From Ktedonobacter racemifer (lineage in GTDB: Bacteria > Chloroflexota > DTOL01 > JACQYG01): a DNA stretch of 29,879 bases. The position numbers and the translations under genes were made by a program. The notes under the pieces were generated by a model, which saw nothing but the letters and a program-made list of their open reading frames with translations, did not search any database and had not been told where the DNA came from. Of this stretch, positions 24,666 through 29,879 are shown piece by piece. Location of the stretch: the NCBI GenBank assembly GCA_020723545.1, contig DYIS01000004.1:1-29879 (forward strand). The letters are read 5' to 3'. Positions within the stretch are counted from its first letter, which is position 1; every line of letters begins with the position of its first letter.

Positions 24666-27600
24666 ATGGCTAAGGCAAGAGTGGGGGTCTACATCTGCCA
24701 CTGCGGCTCCAATATTGCCGGGACCGTGGACGTGCTCAGCCTGGCCCAATACGCGGCCACCCTGGACAACGTCATCGTGGCCCGGGAATACAGGTATACC
24801 TGCTCCAGCACCGGCCAGGAGATGATCAAGAGGGACATCCAGGAATTCGGGCTGGACCGCATCGTGGTGGCGGCCTGCTCGCCCCGCATGCACGAGTTCA
24901 CCTTCCGGGCGGTCCTGGCCGAGGCCGGGCTGAACCCATATTACCTGAACGTGGCCAACATCCGCGAGCACTGCTCCTGGATCACCAAGGATAAGGAGGT
25001 GGGCACGGAGAAGGCCAGGCACCTGATCCGGGGGGCGGTGGCCAGGGTGGTATGGCAGGAGCCCCTGGAGGAGCGGGAGGTGCCGGTGAACCACAGCACG
25101 TTGGTGGTTGGGGGCGGCATCGCTGGCATCCAGGCGGCCTTGACCATCGCCCAGGCGGGGTATAAGGTCTACCTGGTGGAGAAAGACACCTCCATCGGTG
25201 GCCGCATGGCCCAATTGGACAAGACCTTCCCCACCCTGGACTGCTCGGCCTGCATCCTCACCCCCAAGATGGTGACGGTGGCGCGGGAGAAGAACGTCCA
25301 GCTCCTGAGCTACAGCGAGGTGGTGGACGTCTCGGGGTACGTGGGCAATTTCAAGGTCCGGATCAAGCAAAAGCCCCGCTACGTAGACCTGGAGAAGTGT
25401 ACGGGCTGCGGGGAGTGCGTCCCGGTCTGCCCGGTGAAGGTCCCCCACGAGTTCGACCAGCGTCTGAGCCAGCGCAAGGCCATCTACCGTCTCTTCCCCC
25501 AGGCCATACCCAGCGCCTATGCCATTGATAAACGGGGCATCTCCCCCTGTCGGGCCGCCTGCCCGGCAGGGGTGAACGCCCACGGCTATGTGGCCTTGAT
25601 CGGCGAGGGGAAATACGAGGAGGCCCTGGAGCTGATCCGCCGGGACCTACCGTTCCCCGGGGTGTGCGGCCGGGTCTCCACCACCCCTGTGAGACGGCGT
25701 GCAGCCGGGGAGAGGCCGAGGGCGCCGTGGCCATCGCTGCCCTGAAGCGCTTCGTGGCCGATCATGTGGCCCCTGCCGCCTTCATCCCGCCCAAGCCCCG
25801 AGGCGAGAAAGTGGCGGTGGTAGGGGCGGGGCCAGCGGGGCTCTCGGCAGCCTATCACCTGGCCAGGAACGGCTACGACGTCACCGTCTTCGACGCCCTG
25901 TCGATCCCCGGCGGCATGATGGCGGTGGGCATCCCGGACTACCGCCTGCCCAGAAAGGTGCTGCAAGAGGAGATCGAATACATCAAACGCATGGGCGTGG
26001 ACATCGTCCCCAATACCGTTGTGGGCAAGAACATCACCCTGGAGGAGATCTTTCAGCGCGGCTACAAGGCGATCTTCCTGGGCATTGGCGCCCACCGGAG
26101 CCATAAACTGGGCGTTCCCGGGGAGGAACTGTCGGGGGTGCTCCAGGGGGTCTCCTTCCTGAGGGACTTTAACCTGGGCAAGAAGGTGGAGGTGGGACGG
26201 CGGGTGGCGGTGATCGGCGGCGGTAACACCGCCGTGGACGCCGCGCGGACCGCCCTGCGCCTGGGAGCCGAACAGGTGACCATCGTGTACCGCCGCTCCC
26301 GGGAGGAGATGCCGGTCAACAAGTGGGAAGTAGAAGAGGCGGAGAAGGAGGGGATCGCCATCCGCTTCCTGGCTGCGCCAACTTGGATACTGGGCACGGA
26401 CCGGGTCACCGGCCTAGAATGCATTGGCATGGAGCTGGGAGAGCCGGACCAGAGCGGACGCCGCCGGCCCATACCGATCCCGGGCTCCTCGTTCACGCTG
26501 GAGGCGGACACGGTGATCGCCGCCATCGGGCAGGCGCCAGACCTGACCGTCCTGGGAAAGGCGGTGAAGGCCACCGGGTGGGGCACGATCGAGGCCGACC
26601 CGGAGACATGCGCCACCGCCCAGCCCGGGGTCTTTGCCGGAGGCGACGCGGTGACTGGCGCGGCCACCGTCATCGACGCCGTGGCCGCTGGCAAACGAGC
26701 GGCGGAGTCCATCCACCGCTATTTGCAGGGTCAAGATCTCAGAGAGGGCCGGGCCTTTGACGTGCCCAAGGAGCTCATAGCTCACAAAGAGCTCTCGGAG
26801 GACATGGAGTACGTGCCGCGCCAGGAGGTCCCCACCCTGCCCATTACGGAAAGGCGAAGCAATTTCCGGGAGGTGGAACTGGGCCTCAGCGAGGAAATGG
26901 CCCGACGGGAGGCCGAACGATGCCTGGACTGCGCTGCCTGCGCGGAGTGTTTGCAGTGTGAGGCCGCCTGCGGCCCCAAAGCCATTCGCCACCAGATGAA
27001 AGAGGAGTACGTGGAGCTGGAGGTGGGGGCCATCATCCTGGCCACCGGGCACGAATTCTACAAGCCGCAGGGGTTGCCTCAATATCACTACGGTCGCTTT
27101 CCTAACATCATCGACAGCATGGAGTTCGAGCGCATGTGCAACGCCGCCGGCCCCACGGGCGGTGAGATCCTCCTGGCCGACGGCCGTAAGCCGGAGAGCG
27201 TGGCCTTCATCCACTGCGTGGGCTGCCGCGATGCCCACTCCAACACCTATTGCTCCCGCCTGTGCTGCATGCATGCCATGAAGCAGGCGCACCTGGTCAA
27301 GGAGAAGACGGGGGCGGACGTCTACGAGCTCTACATCGACATCCGGGCTGGTGGCAAGGGGTACGAGGAGTTCTACGAGCGGGTGCAACGGGAAGGGGTG
27401 ATCTTCATCCGGGGCCGCGGCGCAGAGGTGATCCCGGTAGACAACCGGCTGGTGGTGAAGGCCGAGGACACCGGCCTGGGCCGACCCATCATCCTGCCGG
27501 TGGACCTGGTGGTGCTGGTGACCGGCATGGTGGCTCGGGCGGATACGGCAGAGGTGGCCAAGACCTTCCACGTCACCCGGGACAAGGACGGATTCTTCCT

Positions 27601-27994
27601 GGAGGCCCATCCCAAGCTGCGGCCCTTCCACACCAATACCGATGGCATCTTCCTGGCCGGCACCTGCCAGGGGCCCAAGGACATCCCCGATACGGTGGCC
27701 CACGCCAATGCCGCAGCCGCTGAGGCATTGGTGTTGCTAGGCCGCGGTCGGGTGACCATCGAGCCCATCATCGCCGAGATCGACCCCGACGTGTGCGCGG
27801 GATGCAAGGTGTGCGTGGAGCTCTGCGCCTACTCCGCCATCGAGTTCGATGCAGAGAGGAAGATCTCCCAGGTCAACGGGGCCCTGTGCAAGGGGTGCGG
27901 CGTTTGCGTGGCGGCCTGCCCTTCGGGCGCGGCCCAGGCCAAGCACTTCAACGACGTCCAGATCATGGCAGAGATAGAGGGGGTGCTAGCGTGA
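24666..27994 (+). pseudogene. hdrA: Large HdrA (HdrL-type) with an inserted GltD/NfnB-like NAD(P)H module; split by a 1-nt deletion at 25677/25678 (real lesion or sequence error)
   Basis: ICHCG, AACSP, GGGIAG, TLDCSAC..PK and CTGCGEC..CP before the break. After it: HPCE..C, GAGPAG, GGGNTA, VYRR, CAECLQCEAAC, MEFER, CSRLCCM and two C-terminal ferredoxin motifs. GTC TC CAC CAC CCC TGT restores GRVCHHPC when one G is added (about 1109 aa). Confidence 0.85.
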
Positions 27995-28419
27995 GCCAGG
28001 AGTTCGAGCCCAAGATCGTGGGGTTTCTTTGCAACTGGTGTTCCTACTCCGGGGCGGACATGGCTGGCACGGCGCGGATACAATATGCCCCCAACGTCCA
28101 CATCATCCGGGTGATGTGCTCGGGAAGGGTGGACCCCTCTTTCGTCCTGAAAGCCTTCCGGGAGGGGGCGGACGGCGTGCTGGTGGCGGGCTGTCACCCG
28201 GGAGACTGCCACTACACCGCCGGCAACTACAAGACCCTGAGGCGCATGCCGCTCCTGGCCAAGATGCTGGAGCAGTTCGGCATCGAGCCGGGGCGCTTCC
28301 GGCTGGAGTGGGTCAGCGCTGCCGAAGGGGCCAGGTGGGCCCGGGTGGTCAACGAGATGACCGCGACGGTGCAGAAGCTGGGCCCCCTGAATTGGAAGAA
28401 CCATGTAAGGCACACATAG
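27991..28419 (+). CDS. mvhD: MvhD/FlxD-type [2Fe-2S] subunit
   Basis: [21 protein letters not shown] and GCHPGDCHY; GTG overlaps the hdrA TGA. Confidence 0.93.
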   Translation: MSQEFEPKIVGFLCNWCSYSGADMAGTARIQYAPNVHIIRVMCSGRVDPSFVLKAFREGADGVLVAGCHPGDCHYTAGNYKTLRRMPLLAKMLEQFGIEPGRFRLEWVSAAEGARWARVVNEMTATVQKLGPLNWKNHVRHT

Positions 28420-28433
28420 CCTAAGACATCATC

Positions 28434-28458
28434 TGTCCCGGAGTTCAACTCCGGGACA
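28434..28458. repeat. Perfect 11-bp-arm palindrome between mvhD and hdrC2
   Basis: TGTCCCGGAGT-TCA-ACTCCGGGACA; no U-tract on either side. Confidence 0.85.
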
Positions 28459-28493
28459 TCAGGCGGGGGACAACGCAGGGAGGAGGTTGCGCG

Positions 28494-29075
28494 GTGGCAA
28501 AAGCGATAACCCGCAAGGACTTGAGCTATCTCGGAGAGGTCTTCCTACGGCACGTGCAGGCTATCCCTGGTGGGGAGAAGATCAAGCTCTGCATCCAATG
28601 TGGTACCTGTAGCGGCTCCTGTCCCACCAGCTACGCCATGGATTATACCCCACGGGAGATCATCGCCGCCTTAAGGGCTGGCCAACTGGGCAAGGTGCTC
28701 GAGAGCAACACCGTCTGGCTCTGTGCCTCCTGCTATTATTGCACCGTGCGCTGTCCCAGCGGCATCAAGCTGACGGACATAATGTATGAGCTGAAGCGCT
28801 TGGGGATAGAGTACGGGTTGTACGTGCGGGGTGGCATGACGCCGGTCCTCTCCACCACATTCCTGGACATCGTGGATCGGTATGGTCGAAACTTCGAGAC
28901 GGAGCTTTTGGTCCGCCTATTCCTCCGCACCGATCCCCTTAAGCTCCTGGGAACAGCGCCCCTGGGCTTAAGGCTCCTCCGTCGCCGGCGGCTGCCCCTT
29001 TTGCCGGAGAGGATCAAAGGAAGGAACGATCTGGCCAAGATGCTGCAGCACGTCAGAGAACGGGAGGCAGCGTGA
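28494..29075 (+). CDS. hdrC: Second HdrC-like subunit
   Basis: CIQCGTCSGSCP and WLCASCYYCTVRCP; GTG start follows GGAGGAGG. Confidence 0.88.
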   Translation: MAKAITRKDLSYLGEVFLRHVQAIPGGEKIKLCIQCGTCSGSCPTSYAMDYTPREIIAALRAGQLGKVLESNTVWLCASCYYCTVRCPSGIKLTDIMYELKRLGIEYGLYVRGGMTPVLSTTFLDIVDRYGRNFETELLVRLFLRTDPLKLLGTAPLGLRLLRRRRLPLLPERIKGRNDLAKMLQHVREREAA

Positions 29076-29879
29076 TGCGCTATCTGTACTATCCTGGGTG
29101 TTCCCCTACGACCAGTAACAAGGCCTATGACCTCTCCGCCCGGGCAGTGGGGCGGGCCCTGGGAGTGGAGCTGGTGGAGCTGGACGACTGGAACTGCTGC
29201 GGCGCCACGGCCTATATGTCCGTTCGGGAGCTCAGTTCCTTCGTCATCTCCTCCCGGAACCTGGCACTGGCGGAGAGGCAGGGTGGTGGGGACCTAGTGA
29301 CCGTCTGTAGCGCCTGCCTCACCGTTCTCAATAAGGCTAGCCGTTATATGGCGGAGAACGAAGACCTCCGGAGGGCGGTCAGCGAAGCCTTGGCCCTGGT
29401 CGGCCTGCAATATAGCGGTGGGGTCTGGGCCCGCCATTTCTTGGATATCCTGGTCCATGACGTGGGCCTGGAGTCCATTGCGGAAAAGGCAGTCAACAAG
29501 TTAGGAGGCCTGCGGGTGGCCCCTTATTATGGCTGCCAGGTTAGCCGCCCCTATGGTACATTTGATGATCGAGAGTTCCCGGTGAGCATGGATCGCCTCT
29601 TCTCTCACCTGGGGGCAGAAGTGGTGGACTTTCCCCTCAAGGCCAAGTGCTGTGGCGGCATGCTCGTGAACACCAACGAGGGCGTGGCCTTGAGGCTGAT
29701 CAGGGATCTCTTCGCCTGCGCCGTGGAGAATGAGGCCCAGATTATCGCGACGGCTTGCCCCCTCTGCCACATAAACTTGGAGGCCTACCAGGGGAAGGTC
29801 AATAAGAAGTTTAAGGCCAACTATTCCCTGCCCATTGTCTATTTCACCCAACTGGTGGGCGTGGCCCTGGGGCTCTCCA
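29075..29879 (+). CDS. hdrB: Second HdrB-like subunit, partial (runs off the window; absent from the ORF track)
   Basis: Manual translation from ATG 29075: YYPGC, WNCCG, CSAC, YYGC, KCCGG, CPLC and PIVYFTQL, with no stop to the window end. Confidence 0.9.
   Translation, partial: MRYLYYPGCSPTTSNKAYDLSARAVGRALGVELVELDDWNCCGATAYMSVRELSSFVISSRNLALAERQGGGDLVTVCSACLTVLNKASRYMAENEDLRRAVSEALALVGLQYSGGVWARHFLDILVHDVGLESIAEKAVNKLGGLRVAPYYGCQVSRPYGTFDDREFPVSMDRLFSHLGAEVVDFPLKAKCCGGMLVNTNEGVALRLIRDLFACAVENEAQIIATACPLCHINLEAYQGKVNKKFKANYSLPIVYFTQLVGVALGLS

Noticed and set aside
25660-25745. Programmed -1 frameshift in hdrA
   Set aside because: No X XXY YYZ slippery site, and a shift here would not regenerate the conserved Cys codon.
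24480-27703. Long minus-strand ORFs 24480-25583 and 26414-27703
   Set aside because: Antisense shadows of hdrA with no independent motifs.

Overview
GC-rich bacterial chromosome segment starting at dnaA. The DnaA N-terminus and the style of the envelope genes point to Chloroflexota (inference). Contents in order: dnaA; a downstream oriC with DnaA boxes and DnaA-trios, but no dnaN; a membrane-anchored clan GH-A glycoside hydrolase coupled to a glycoside hydrolase/O-antigen-ligase fusion; a convergent membrane protein plus PAP2 phosphatase; USP, a tiny TrkA-C ORF and murI; a wHTH regulator plus radical SAM enzyme; a minus-strand Ig-like anchored protein, pth and mfd; an ECF sigma/anti-sigma pair; a group 3b NiFe hydrogenase operon (hydBGDA) with a stand-alone cNMP-binding protein; and lrp, a Cys-rich orphan, hdrC, hdrB, a second cNMP protein, a large hdrA with an inserted NAD(P)H-oxidoreductase module (split by a 1-nt frameshift), mvhD, hdrC2 and hdrB2 (runs off the window). 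The best leads are the GH/ligase fusion system, the hydrogenase-Hdr supercluster with twin non-canonical cNMP proteins, and a recurring AT-rich 12-mer (TTRCYASTAAAG) that is not tied to promoters. No rRNA, tRNA, CRISPR array or transposase was seen.
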